A stretch of 64,000 nucleotides of DNA from Opitutales bacterium (lineage in GTDB: Bacteria > Verrucomicrobiota > Verrucomicrobiia > Opitutales > JAFGAQ01), in the NCBI GenBank assembly GCA_033813415.1, contig JAPXRV010000005.1:6164-70163 (forward strand), written 5' to 3'. Positions 45,731-55,479 of the stretch are shown piece by piece (position 1 is the first letter of the stretch; the number at the start of each line of letters is the position of its first letter). The notes below the pieces were generated by a model. It saw nothing but the letters and a program-made list of their open reading frames with translations. It did not search any database and had not been told where the DNA came from. The position numbers and the translations under genes are program-made.

Positions 45731-45759
45731 CAGATCCGTTGATCCGTGAGATTGTCGAA

Positions 45760-46578
45760 ATGCCCGATTCGCCGCAGCAAACAACAGAAGCCCCCCGCCT
45801 GGAGGTCGAGGGTGCTTGCAAGCGTTTCCCTGGTGCGCTGAGCGCGGTCTATGAGGACATCGGGTTCGCGGTTGAGCCAGGATCCTTTGTTTCACTCATC
45901 GGCCCGAGTGGATGTGGCAAATCGACACTCCTTAAGTCGGTGGCCGGCCTGCTCAATCCTGACCGGGGCGAAATCTGCTGGGAGCACGCGGCCACAGGGG
46001 AATGCATCCGCCCGGAGATTGGCTACATCTTTCAGGATGCCACCTTGCTTCCGTGGTTCAGTGTGCGAAAGAATGTGGAAGTACCCCTGCGCCTGCGCGG
46101 GTTGGCGCCGTCGCTTCGGGATCCGGTGTGCCGTGAAATGCTGAAAAAGGTGTGGCTGGATGGTTTTGAGGACTACTATCCCAAGGAATTGTCCGGCGGG
46201 ATGAAGATGCGTGTGTCGCTTGCGCGGGCGCTCACGCTCAACCCGCAGGTCATGCTTTTGGATGAACCGTTCGGGGCTCTCGACGCGATCACCCGCAATG
46301 AAATGAACCGGCTGCTGATCGATTTATGGTTTCGCCAGCGGTGGACGGCCCTCTTTGTAACCCATTCCGTCAACGAGGCGGTTATGCTCTCGGATCGCGT
46401 TTTGGTAATGTCTGCGCGTCCCGGCCGGATTGTGGAGGATGTCGCGATCGATTTGCCGCATCCACGAAGTGAGGCGGTGGTCTCGGAGCCCCGCTACCTG
46501 AACCATGTGTCGCATATCCGCTCGCTCATACTCGCCTCTTCCGGGGAAGCGTTAAGCCCAAGCCAACGCGGGAAATGA
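45760..46578 (+). CDS. ABC transporter ATP-binding protein (NitT/TauT nitrate/sulfonate/taurine-type)
   Basis: GPSGCGKSTLLK, LSGGMKMRVSLARA and LLDEPFGALD are present. The start was chosen at ATG 45760, because the sequence from GTG 45607 is not ABC-like. Confidence 0.85.
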   Translation: MPDSPQQTTEAPRLEVEGACKRFPGALSAVYEDIGFAVEPGSFVSLIGPSGCGKSTLLKSVAGLLNPDRGEICWEHAATGECIRPEIGYIFQDATLLPWFSVRKNVEVPLRLRGLAPSLRDPVCREMLKKVWLDGFEDYYPKELSGGMKMRVSLARALTLNPQVMLLDEPFGALDAITRNEMNRLLIDLWFRQRWTALFVTHSVNEAVMLSDRVLVMSARPGRIVEDVAIDLPHPRSEAVVSEPRYLNHVSHIRSLILASSGEALSPSQRGK

Positions 46579-47366
46579 AAACACTCAAGACAACAACCGT
46601 GGTGGCCCCGCTCCTTTCGGGTCTGCTGTTTATTGCCCTGTGGTATGCGGTGATCGCGATTTGGAACCTCAGTCCGTTCTATGTTCCACCTCCTCATCGG
46701 GTGATGGGCGCGATGATCGCTGAAGGTCCGCGCCTGTTGGAGGCGACGCTGGTCACAGCGGGCTATGGGTTGAGCGGTTTCGCTCTTGCGGTGGTGGTGG
46801 GGGTGGCCTTATCCGTCGGGCTTGGGGCCTCGTCGCTCGTGCGTAAGGCACTTTATCCGTGGATCCTGGTTCTCCAGATGACCCCGGTAGTAATCCTTGC
46901 ACCCATTATTGTGCTCTGGTTTGACTATGGGCCGTCGAGCGTGATCTGCATCGCGTTCATCACCAGCTTTTTCCCAATTGTGGCAAACACGACGCTCGGT
47001 ATGGTTTCCACCGATCCGAATCTCGTGGATTGTTTCCACGTCTACCGGGCGAAGCCCTGGCAGGAGTTCTTCCTTCTGCGCTTGCCGAGCGCCTTTCCAT
47101 TCCTGATTTCGGGTATTAAGATTGCGGCGACCCTTGTTCCCATCGGTGCTGTGTTTGGCGAGTTCTTTGTGGGCTCTTTCCGTTCGGGGAAGGGCGGCCT
47201 TGGGCTTCTGGTGTTTATCTACAACAAGGAAACCCGTATTCCCGAGCTCTTTGCCGCAGGGATTTCGGCGTGCCTGCTCGGCTTCATCCTGGTGTCGGTC
47301 GTGGTGGCAATCAACTGGGCGCTGCTGCACAAGTGGCACGAGTCCTATCACGTCAAAGGCAGATGA
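46575..47366 (+). CDS. ABC transporter permease (NitT/TauT family)
   Basis: 263 aa with six TM helices and an EAA-like loop. Its start overlaps the ATPase stop. No substrate-binding protein gene is adjacent. Confidence 0.85.
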   Translation: MKTLKTTTVVAPLLSGLLFIALWYAVIAIWNLSPFYVPPPHRVMGAMIAEGPRLLEATLVTAGYGLSGFALAVVVGVALSVGLGASSLVRKALYPWILVLQMTPVVILAPIIVLWFDYGPSSVICIAFITSFFPIVANTTLGMVSTDPNLVDCFHVYRAKPWQEFFLLRLPSAFPFLISGIKIAATLVPIGAVFGEFFVGSFRSGKGGLGLLVFIYNKETRIPELFAAGISACLLGFILVSVVVAINWALLHKWHESYHVKGR

Positions 47367-47692
47367 GTCTTTTTCGATTCCGGTTTATGCGCCAAGGACA
47401 AAGGAAGAGCCATTATACCTCTAGAATCTGGTGCGCATCGGGCAGACCCAAGAACAAGAGGTGCGGAAACTATGGCCGCGCAGCACGTGTTGATAACCCG
47501 GTTGGGTGGGCTTGCCCATACGGACAAGTTCCGGTCGAAATGCAGATTGCGTTGGCCTTTGCGAAAGGATTGCTTTTACTCCATTCCAAGGACGGAGCAG
47601 GATGATCACTGGTTGACCGGTCATGCGCCCATCCTTCCGGGATTCCACTGCATCCGTTTCCGAGTCATTCCGGACACCGGCAAGAAACAATT

Positions 47693-50038
47693 ATGGGACA
47701 GGCGATTTTTTTCATTCAGGATATTGCGGTAATCATGCTGGCGGCAGCGGTAGCCGGTATCATTTGTAAACGCGTCGGTATCTCCCCGATTGTCGGATAT
47801 CTGGTGGCTGGCGTGATTGTTGGCCCTCATTCCTTCCGGGGCGGATTTATCGAAAACCAGGAACGCGTGGCGATTCTGGCTGAGCTCGGGATGGTTTTCC
47901 TGATGCTCGGAATCGGGCTCAACTTCAGTCTCAAACGTCTGCGCCAGCTCGGCTTGCCGGTATTGATGGCCACCACGCTTACAGCCTTTCTCGTGATCAG
48001 TTTGGCCCGCATGGCGGCGAGCGGCCTTGGTCTTGATCGGGTGGGTGGTTTGTTTTTCGCCGGACTTTTTGTATCGAGCAGTTCGGCCGTCATCGGAAAA
48101 ATCCTGATTGAGTCCGGTCGCACCCACGAAAAGAGCGGCCAGCTCGCCCTTGGAATGACGCTCAGCGAGGACATGGTGGCCATCGTGATGCTGACGGTCC
48201 TTGGATCCTACGTGCGGATCGGTGGAGAAGGTGGTGGCAGCTCGATCCTTTCGACACTGGGTTTGTTTGGCGGATTTGTGTTGATGATGGCGATTGCCGG
48301 GTTACTGGTGGTCCCCCGCGTGCTCCGTTGGTTGAGTCGCGAAGTGACCACTGAGCTCGAGACCGTGTTTGTGGCGGGTATGCTATTTGGGTTGTCCCTT
48401 ATGGTGATGAAGGCCGGGTATTCTCTGGCACTCGGGGCCTTTCTGCTCGGGGCCATCATCGGCGAAACCCCGCAGCGCGCGCAGGTCGAGCGGGCATTTT
48501 CCGGGTTGCGGGACTTTTTCGCAGCTCTTTTCTTTGTTGCGATCGGGATGACGATCAACCTTTCGGACGCGATGGGCGCATTGTGGCCCTTGGCGGTGGC
48601 CGTTTGTTTTACGCTGCTCGGGCGATCATTGGCGGCCGGAGTTTCTCTTGTGCTGATGGGTTATGACGGGCGCACCGCTGTGCGATCCGGTATGTTGTTG
48701 ACGCCACTTGGGGAGTTCGGGTTCATCATTGCCCAGCTGGGGACGGCGAATGGTTTGCTACCCCCCGAATACATGTCGGTGGCGGTGGGTGGATCGTTGA
48801 TCACCGCCATGATCACTCCTATCCTGTTCAAGTCCGACCGGAAGATTGCGCACCGCGTCACATCGTTGCGGGTTCCCTTCGTCCGGGGGGCGCTGGAAAT
48901 GCACCGGCGTATACTGGACGCACTCCAGAAGCGCCGGGACTCAAGTATCCTTTGGCGTTTGATGCGCAAGCGCCTCATTCAGATTGGCGTGGAGATGGGA
49001 GTCGTTACCATGGTATTGGTTTTTGCTGCGCCGATAATCCGATGGGGCGTTGATAAATGGGGCTCGGACACCGTAATGGGCTTTTCTACGGAAGTGATGG
49101 GATGGTCCGTATTGGGTCTATTGCTGCTCGCTCCGGTGATCGCAATCTGGCGCAATATTCAGGCCTCGACCATGATCCTTTCGGATTTTATCGCCGGCCA
49201 AAACGCCGGGCTGTCGCGGATGAAGCCCCTGCTCTTGAATGGGATGCAGGCTGCGGCAGGGGTGCTGATGGTGGCTTGGATTTGGAATTTCCTGCCGGTC
49301 GACGTCGGACTGTGGTGGATTCTCGGTTTGATCGGCGCGCTCCTGATCATCGCGCTGCTTCTGTGGCGCAAGCTCATTTGGGTGCACAGCAACATTGAGG
49401 TGGCGATTGAGGAAACCCTTGGGGATGAACCGGCCGACTTGGCGAGTTCCTTCGAGTGGATGGACCGCTACGCCCCATGGGGACTGCATATTGGTGAAGT
49501 CCAGATGCCTGAGCGTTTTGCGCATGCCGGAAAGTCGATCAATGAAATCGGTATCCGCAGACGATTCGGTTGTTCGATCATCGGAATCGAGCGTTTGTCC
49601 TATCCGATATCCAATCCCGGCCCGGGGTCCCATCTCTTTCCCGGAGACAAACTTCTACTTCTCGGCACGGAAGAGCAAATAGCGGCCAGCCGCGCCTTCC
49701 TTCTCGAAGACCGTGGAGCGGAGCCTGTTGAAGACACCTTCCGTGATCTCGCGGTTGAGATGGTTCAGATTCCCCGCGGTTCACCCGCTCATGGAAAGAC
49801 CCTGCGCGAGCTCAATTGGCCCCGGATCCTCGGGGTGCAGGTTGTCGGGCATGAGAATGAGAAAAAGCGCAGTTTGACCCCGTCCGCCACCCAAAAAGTT
49901 GAGGATGGCGACCGCATCCTCGTGCTTGGCACTCCTCAGCAAGTCGCCAGCCTGCGGAACTGGCTCCTTCCCCCCGCCGCGCCTGCCGGTTCCTCCGTCG
50001 AGTCCCCTGACGGGCAAGCCGAAGGATTCCCCTCCTGA
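47693..50038 (+). CDS. monovalent cation:proton antiporter-2 (CPA2) family protein with extra TM region and two RCK_C (TrkA-C) domains
   Basis: It has a Na+/H+ exchanger N-terminus (FIQDIAVIMLAAAVAGIICKRVGISPIVGYLVAGVIVGP). Two C-terminal TrkA-C-like repeats are present (GKSINEIGIRRRFGCSIIGIER, GKTLRELNWPRILGVQVVGHE). Confidence 0.85.
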   Translation: MGQAIFFIQDIAVIMLAAAVAGIICKRVGISPIVGYLVAGVIVGPHSFRGGFIENQERVAILAELGMVFLMLGIGLNFSLKRLRQLGLPVLMATTLTAFLVISLARMAASGLGLDRVGGLFFAGLFVSSSSAVIGKILIESGRTHEKSGQLALGMTLSEDMVAIVMLTVLGSYVRIGGEGGGSSILSTLGLFGGFVLMMAIAGLLVVPRVLRWLSREVTTELETVFVAGMLFGLSLMVMKAGYSLALGAFLLGAIIGETPQRAQVERAFSGLRDFFAALFFVAIGMTINLSDAMGALWPLAVAVCFTLLGRSLAAGVSLVLMGYDGRTAVRSGMLLTPLGEFGFIIAQLGTANGLLPPEYMSVAVGGSLITAMITPILFKSDRKIAHRVTSLRVPFVRGALEMHRRILDALQKRRDSSILWRLMRKRLIQIGVEMGVVTMVLVFAAPIIRWGVDKWGSDTVMGFSTEVMGWSVLGLLLLAPVIAIWRNIQASTMILSDFIAGQNAGLSRMKPLLLNGMQAAAGVLMVAWIWNFLPVDVGLWWILGLIGALLIIALLLWRKLIWVHSNIEVAIEETLGDEPADLASSFEWMDRYAPWGLHIGEVQMPERFAHAGKSINEIGIRRRFGCSIIGIERLSYPISNPGPGSHLFPGDKLLLLGTEEQIAASRAFLLEDRGAEPVEDTFRDLAVEMVQIPRGSPAHGKTLRELNWPRILGVQVVGHENEKKRSLTPSATQKVEDGDRILVLGTPQQVASLRNWLLPPAAPAGSSVESPDGQAEGFPS

Positions 50039-50237
50039 TGGCTTCAGCGATTTCCGTTCAGCCCTCAAACCGAACAAAAGCCGACGACCCACCCGGGACG
50101 CTTCGCTTGTCCAGCACCGCCTACGGGTTGATTGGATCTAGCGTGGCCGCACAAAGAGAAGGGTTTCAGAGGCTCTTCCGTAGCGGAAATCGTGAGATTT
50201 CCGTCTTCCGGGATCTCGGATTGGAGAAGATGCTTTG

Positions 50238-50439
50238 CCACAAAGCACACAAGACTACAAAGGTTGGAGGTCGGTCATGGCAGATCCTTCTTCGTGGACC
50301 TTCGTTTGCTTCGTGGTGAATAGATTACTTCTTTTTGGACAGGATGAACAGGATCTACGGGATTGAAGAAGAATTGTTTCACGCCCGTTTGACGCTGCAT
50401 GCAGCGTCTGCGCTCAAGCCGCAAAGCCGCAAAGGAAGA
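50238..50439. repeat. composite repeat: inverted acgaaagg-type pair + tttttggacaggat module + 91-nt D/P unit copy 2 (50349-50439; palindrome at 50391-50408)
   Basis: The modules align block-wise to 12688-12778 and 12028-12118 (83/91 identical for the D/P unit). Confidence 0.85.
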
Positions 50440-50502
50440 ATGTGGCAAAGCCCCAACAAGGAATAGGCAATAGCCGATGGATTGGTGTATCGTACCGACC
50501 CC

Positions 50503-50620
50503 GCCCAATCTGCGCCATCTGCGGAGCACTTCTTCTCTGTGATTTTTGTGATCTTGTAGGTGAGTTATATCGCTCTCTTCGTGTTTTTTGTGCCGTTCGT
50601 GGTTCCGCTTGTTTCATGGT
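50503..50620. repeat. composite of short repeat modules (aatctgcg x2, ctctgtga..tttgtgat, ttcgtg..ttcgtgg)
   Basis: The same module types occur at 12645-12876 and 57355-57400, some in the opposite orientation. Confidence 0.6.
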
Positions 50621-50696
50621 GCGCTAAGAAGAGCGCGAGCAGGGATGCTCCCGCTACTTTGAGATCTGCTGCGCGGGGAGAAGAGCGGGTTCCCGA

Positions 50697-51662
50697 TCAG
50701 GGGAGGAGCCAGCGCATGGCAGTCCACATGAGGGCGGTGAGGATGGGGATGAGGATGACGCCGCCACCGAGGGCGGCGAGGGTGAGGTGGGCGATCTTGG
50801 CGCCGAGAAATTTCGCTTTACGGCGGAGGCCTTTGCTGGAGCCGTGCTGGAGGCCAGAGCGGAAAACGGGATGATCGAGGGTTGGGTCTTCGAGGAAGCG
50901 GACGATTTCCATGGTGTGGAGGTCGCCCACGACAAGCACGACCGGGCGCTCGGGCCGTGCGCGGGAGACGCCTATGGCGTAGCCGGCCATGAACATGGAG
51001 CGGGGAACGAGTGCGAAGGGGTCTTTCATGCGGGACCGGAAAGGCGAGCGGTTCCAGTTGTCCATTTCGAGGTCAATCTGGAGCTTGGAGGGGAGCGGGG
51101 GTTGGGGCTCCACTCCCCGCCGGAGTTCCGGGTCGAGCGAGTAGTAGCGGGCGTCGAACAGGAACCCTTCGGAGGCGTTCCGGCCTTTGGAGCGTTTGAA
51201 GAACTCGGTGAAGAGTTCCCATAGGCGAATCGGAAAGGAGAGCCCGACGTAGAATCCCATGGAGAGGGAACCCGACAGGCCGAGCACAGCAAAGTCGGGG
51301 ATCACTTGCCCGGACTGGTGTTTGTAGAAATAGTTGAGGCCGTTCTCGAAGATGACGTGATCGGCGGAAGCGATGGGTTCACTGACAAAGCGGAGGTAAT
51401 CCTTATCGTCGCCGCCGAGCATGCCGTGGATTACGCCGTAGATATGGTATTCGACGCCGTCCCGGACCACGATTTCGGGGGTGAATGTGGACGGGGCCTG
51501 CGTCACGTCGGCGGCGTGGGCCGATGCGATTGCGTAGAAATCGCTTTGGGCCTGGAGCAGGACTGTGGGAAGGTCTCCGCTGAACCCCTTCTCGCGGTAG
51601 TGGCGTTGGAGATCAGCTATGCTGTGCAGGTTGCGGAGGGTTTCCCAGTCGATGTCCGGCAT
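50697..51662 (-). CDS. hypothetical membrane-anchored protein, possibly TraB/GumN/TIKI-superfamily
   Basis: 321 aa from ATG 51662. Two GxxH-type motifs are present (IYGVIHG, VVGDLHT), plus a C-terminal TM helix (LAALGGGVILIPILTALMW). The family call is tentative. Confidence 0.5.
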   Translation of the reverse strand: MPDIDWETLRNLHSIADLQRHYREKGFSGDLPTVLLQAQSDFYAIASAHAADVTQAPSTFTPEIVVRDGVEYHIYGVIHGMLGGDDKDYLRFVSEPIASADHVIFENGLNYFYKHQSGQVIPDFAVLGLSGSLSMGFYVGLSFPIRLWELFTEFFKRSKGRNASEGFLFDARYYSLDPELRRGVEPQPPLPSKLQIDLEMDNWNRSPFRSRMKDPFALVPRSMFMAGYAIGVSRARPERPVVLVVGDLHTMEIVRFLEDPTLDHPVFRSGLQHGSSKGLRRKAKFLGAKIAHLTLAALGGGVILIPILTALMWTAMRWLLP

Positions 51663-52031
51663 GGCTGGAAATCTATCGCAAACGGGTGATCCTTTGCAAG
51701 ACGGGAAGCATGCTTTCGCCTTAGGGAATTCCAGATGATTCTCACTATGCTCCAGCAAATGCACACACAGGAGACAAGGACTCAGCATATGATAGACGCC
51801 ATCGATGTGTATTACGACAATGCGCCGCAAGTTTATAACGAAATAAAGATAGCAACATATCCAATTCACAACAACTGAACCGATAAATGCCCTGTGTATT
51901 TGTTTTAAGGCTGCACCAGTCTGCGGGAGGTGGTTTGTTGACAGAAGGCTCGAAGCATGGAAGCCTTTGAGCGTAAACGGGATTCGTTCGGGTCGCTGCG
52001 TTGTCGGGGGCTTTGATCGGAGGAGTTTTGT

Positions 52032-53150
52032 TTGAGTCGCTCAATGAAGAGGAGGTGTATCGTGAGAATCCGCAGGCAGGTTTTGAAGTCCTTTTGTTTT
52101 GGGGTAGTATGGTGGGTGATGAGCTTACAGGGATCAGGGCAGACCCTCCCGCTTCCGGAAGATGGAGGGATGCGGGAGGATGTGCTGAGGCGTGTGGAGC
52201 GTGCGATGTTGTCGATGCAGCGGGCATCCTGGGAGCACGGGGTTGCGGCGCAGGCATTCGTGGAGCAGGGGAATGATGCGATGGTGATCCTCATGGCACG
52301 CGAGGCGGTGTTGCGCCAAACGGAGGAGGGTCGGCTCGCAGTATTGTATACTGACAATGGGGTAACCGACCCGGCCGCGGCGGGCGAAGCGGTGATGCAT
52401 GCGGCCCGGATAACCGGCGATCCGGCGTTGAAAGCAGCTGCTGAGCGGATGCTGGGATATTTGATGGAAGGGGCCCCGCGGGCGCCCGATGGGGTTTTGC
52501 ACCATACCGTGAAGGAACCCGAGATTTGGGTGGATTCGATGTACATGGCGCCGCCGTTTCTGGCAGTGGCCGGGGAATATGATGAGGCGGTCCGACAGAT
52601 CCGGGGTATCCGGAAGGTGCTGTGGAATGAGGCGTCCCGACTCTATTCCCACCGATGGGACACGGAGCGTGAGGAGTTCATCAATCCAAAGCTCTGGGGT
52701 GTGGGAAACGGATGGGTGGCGGCTGCGATGTGCCGGGTGTTGGCGGTGCTGCCGGAATCGATGGAGGCGGAACGGGCTGAGTTGATCGGGTATTTGGAGG
52801 ATCTGCTGAGAGCCTGTATGAAGTACAAGCGCCCGGATCACTTATTCCACGATGTGCTGGATGATCCATCGAGCTTTGTGGAGACAAATCTTTCGCAGAT
52901 GCTCGCATACTCGATTTTTCGGGCGGTTCAGGCGGGATGGATTGACCCCGGGTGGCTTGACGATGGTGAGGCGATGCGCGAAGCGGCGTGGGGAAAGATC
53001 GATGCGGATGGATATGTGCAGGGTGTGTGTGGCGCGCCGTTTTTCAACAGCCCTGGACGCGCGACTGAAGGTCAGGCCTTTTTCCTGCTTATGGAAGCGG
53101 CATGGGAGGATCTGGACCCGCAGTATCGGATGGATGCCCGGAACCCATAA
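52032..53150 (+). CDS. glycoside hydrolase family 105/88 (unsaturated rhamnogalacturonyl/glucuronyl hydrolase-like)
   Basis: EIWVDSMYMAPPFLAVAG and YSHRWDTE...LWGVGNGWVAAAM are typical of YteR/UGL-type enzymes. The start is uncertain (TTG 52032 or downstream ATGs). Confidence 0.75.
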   Translation: MSRSMKRRCIVRIRRQVLKSFCFGVVWWVMSLQGSGQTLPLPEDGGMREDVLRRVERAMLSMQRASWEHGVAAQAFVEQGNDAMVILMAREAVLRQTEEGRLAVLYTDNGVTDPAAAGEAVMHAARITGDPALKAAAERMLGYLMEGAPRAPDGVLHHTVKEPEIWVDSMYMAPPFLAVAGEYDEAVRQIRGIRKVLWNEASRLYSHRWDTEREEFINPKLWGVGNGWVAAAMCRVLAVLPESMEAERAELIGYLEDLLRACMKYKRPDHLFHDVLDDPSSFVETNLSQMLAYSIFRAVQAGWIDPGWLDDGEAMREAAWGKIDADGYVQGVCGAPFFNSPGRATEGQAFFLLMEAAWEDLDPQYRMDARNP

Positions 53151-53249
53151 AGGGGAAAAGGCTTTTGAGTTGGCATTGGTTCCGGTCTGTCCGCTGTGGT
53201 TTGGAACAGAGCCTTGCATCGGCGATCGCAAAGCATTTCCTTGGAGAGC

Positions 53250-54809
53250 ATGAGTAATTTAAGCAAGGGCCTCACCGGAAGTTGTTGGACAGTGTTTCGT
53301 AACCTTTGCGTGGGGTTGTCTTTCCTGCTTGGAGCTCTTTCGTGCGTTGGGGGCGTGCGTGAGTTCACCGTGATGGTCTACAACGTGGAGAACCTTTTCG
53401 ACTTGGACGGAATTGCGGTCTATGAAGAGTATTCCCAGTCGAAAAAAGACACCCCATTCCCCTATCATGCCGGGCGGTTGCTCACCAAGGTCAAGGCGCA
53501 TGCCGAGGTGATCGCGAAAGTAGGGAATGGAAAAGGGCCGGACATTCTGGCTTTGCAGGAGCTGGAGTGGGATCACAGTCCGACGCGGTGGCAGGATGTG
53601 CTCGGTATGCTGGAACGGACCCGCAAGACTTCGCTTGATAAGATGCTGCGCGGATATCCTGCGCAGGAGATCCGGGATATGCCGGCTGAGTTTTTCCTGC
53701 TCAAGGCTTTGGAGGAAAAGGGCATACGGGGATACCATGTGATCCAACCCAAGCCGGATCCGATGTGGAAGAAGAAGCAATTGGCGCACAAGTGCGTGGT
53801 GTTGAGCCGGTTTCCGGCGAAGAAGATCCTTCAGCATCCGCTGGATCAGGCACGCGACATTTTGGAGGTTTGGCTGGATGTGGATGGCCAGGACCTTGTC
53901 TTGTTCAACAATCATTGGAAGTCAGGCGCGTCGGGATCCGCGACTGAGGCGGTGCGCATCGGCAATGCCCGGGTGCTCCGCAAGCGACTGGACCATCTGT
54001 TGGATGACAACCCGAAGACCGACATTCTGCTTGTGGGAGACTTTAACTCGAACATCGATCAGAACCTGCGCTTTGGCAATCGTATCAAGGAAACCGCATT
54101 GAATGGAATCCTCGGATCGCAGGGAAATGAAGCGGCGCTTTTGAAAGGGCGGGCGGACCTCTATAACCTGTGGTATGAGCTTCCACCGCTGAAGCGGGGC
54201 AGCGAGGTGTATGCCGGCGAGTGGGGAACGCTCATTCAGATGATGGTGACTCCCGGCTTGTATGACAATCGGGGCATCCAATATGTGGATCAGTCCTTTG
54301 GGGTGCTGGCGTTCCCGGGATTGAACACCCATCCGGAGCATGGGGTTCCCTTGTCCTGGGTGAATCTCTGTGATGGTGCCGGAGTATCGGATCACCTGCC
54401 GGTCACTGCCCGTTTCCGGGTGGCGACCGGGAAAAGTGAGCTGCCCAAGGTGGACGCGAAGCGACTGGGCGGCGAGCCCGACCGCGAGTTGAAGCGCCGA
54501 TGGGTGGACTCCCGCCTCCGGGACAAGCGCAACCTGCCGGATGCGTCCGTGTTGGAAGCCATGGATGAATGCGAGAGGCTGGAGCGCATGGGAACTCTGT
54601 TTCGGGTAAAGGTTCCCCGCTTTGATGCTTCGGAGCCGTCGGTGCGCATTGGCAAGGAGGTTTTCGAGATCTACACCGCGAACTACCGGGTTCGCAACTT
54701 GTTCAGAGATCTCCAGGAGGGAAAGCCGGCCACGTTGGTCGCAGAGCTTGGCCTTCACCGCGGAACCTACCAGTTGGTAGTGAAACATACCTCCTGGGTG
54801 AATCCCTGA
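53250..54809 (+). CDS. endonuclease/exonuclease/phosphatase (EEP) family protein, secreted
   Basis: A signal/lipobox-like N-terminus (LSFLLGALSC) is followed by FTVMVYNVENLFD, LALQELE, NHWKSG, VGDFN and SDHLPV. Confidence 0.8.
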   Translation: MSNLSKGLTGSCWTVFRNLCVGLSFLLGALSCVGGVREFTVMVYNVENLFDLDGIAVYEEYSQSKKDTPFPYHAGRLLTKVKAHAEVIAKVGNGKGPDILALQELEWDHSPTRWQDVLGMLERTRKTSLDKMLRGYPAQEIRDMPAEFFLLKALEEKGIRGYHVIQPKPDPMWKKKQLAHKCVVLSRFPAKKILQHPLDQARDILEVWLDVDGQDLVLFNNHWKSGASGSATEAVRIGNARVLRKRLDHLLDDNPKTDILLVGDFNSNIDQNLRFGNRIKETALNGILGSQGNEAALLKGRADLYNLWYELPPLKRGSEVYAGEWGTLIQMMVTPGLYDNRGIQYVDQSFGVLAFPGLNTHPEHGVPLSWVNLCDGAGVSDHLPVTARFRVATGKSELPKVDAKRLGGEPDRELKRRWVDSRLRDKRNLPDASVLEAMDECERLERMGTLFRVKVPRFDASEPSVRIGKEVFEIYTANYRVRNLFRDLQEGKPATLVAELGLHRGTYQLVVKHTSWVNP

Positions 54810-54977
54810 GTGGGACGGAGGGGTGAAGGTGGCGGTGCTTCGGGTGCTCCGATGCGTTCGTCCTGAGTCTGTGGGTTTTCGTCCACAATCTGAGGTCTCG
54901 ACATAGCGGCCGGTTGATGTCTTGCTTGGGTTTAGCGGAAACGCTTAACGAAACGATTAACTCACAATAAGATTCAA

Positions 54978-55451
54978 ATGAAATACCTATCGGGAATACT
55001 CACAGCAGGTGCTCTCTTTCTGGCTTCCTCCACCGCAATGGTTGCAGGTGAACCTGTCGATTCAATGGAGGAACTGTATCAGATGATCAGTCCGAAAGAG
55101 ATGATGATGGAAACCATGATGTCGACGATGCAGCCGATGCTGGATAGCTTTAAGCAGTCCGGGATGCCGGATGAGAAGATCGCGAAGATCAAGGAGGTGT
55201 TCACTTCTTTTGCCACGAAAGTTTCGCAGGACGAAGAAATGCACACGGGGATGCTTCAAGTCTACAAGCAACACTTTAGCGAAGCGGAAGCCGCCGAGCT
55301 TGTTGACTTCTACAAGACTCCGCTTGGCCAGAAAACATTGAAGACGCTGCCTGCTCTTATGCAGGAAGGTGCGGCTATTGGGCAGCGTATCGCCGAGAAG
55401 TATCAGGAAGAGTTGAAGGACGGAATGGTGAAGATCATGTCCGAAGAATGA
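54978..55451 (+). CDS. DUF2059 domain protein (periplasmic)
   Basis: It has a signal peptide. The central motif LVDFYKTPLGQKTLKTLP is typical of DUF2059. Confidence 0.7.
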   Translation: MKYLSGILTAGALFLASSTAMVAGEPVDSMEELYQMISPKEMMMETMMSTMQPMLDSFKQSGMPDEKIAKIKEVFTSFATKVSQDEEMHTGMLQVYKQHFSEAEAAELVDFYKTPLGQKTLKTLPALMQEGAAIGQRIAEKYQEELKDGMVKIMSEE

Positions 55452-55479
55452 TCCTGAAGAATTTGAACTGAAGGACATT

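Noticed and set aside
45607-45759. An N-terminal extension of the ABC ATPase from GTG 45607, as in the ORF track.
   Set aside because: The extra 51 residues (MSLRYFIVSPCLRIPWHGVESAVLARKRC...) are not ABC-like. The conserved domain begins shortly after the ATG at 45760. The region is better explained as a leader.
45444-45759. TPP or guanidine-I (ykkC) riboswitch as the identity of the ABC leader.
   Set aside because: ggggtgagtctgagg and gaatacc..ggc..gggg give a faint TPP-like look, but the ACCC closing strand and the CUGAGA/ACCUGAUCUGG elements are not present. The ykkC hallmarks (CUAGGGUUCCG, GGUCCGAGAG) are absent.
45258-45821. The full 187-aa minus-strand track ORF.
   Set aside because: Its N-terminal two-thirds are Arg/Ser/Gly-rich and overlap the candidate leader and the ABC start on the opposite strand. 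Only the last 61 codons (two TM helices) are kept, as a low-confidence CDS.
51735-51878. A 47-codon ATG ORF (MILTMLQQMHTQETRTQHMIDAIDVYYDNAPQVYNEIKIATYPIHNN) in the AT-richer divergent region between the TraB-like and GH105 genes.
   Set aside because: It has atypical codon usage (three ATA codons), no family resemblance and only a weak AGGGA upstream. The AT-rich stretch is more simply a shared promoter region.
53922-54788. A 288-aa minus-strand ORF.
   Set aside because: It is antisense to the EEP-family gene, which has the canonical NLFD, QELE, GDFN and SDHLPV motifs.
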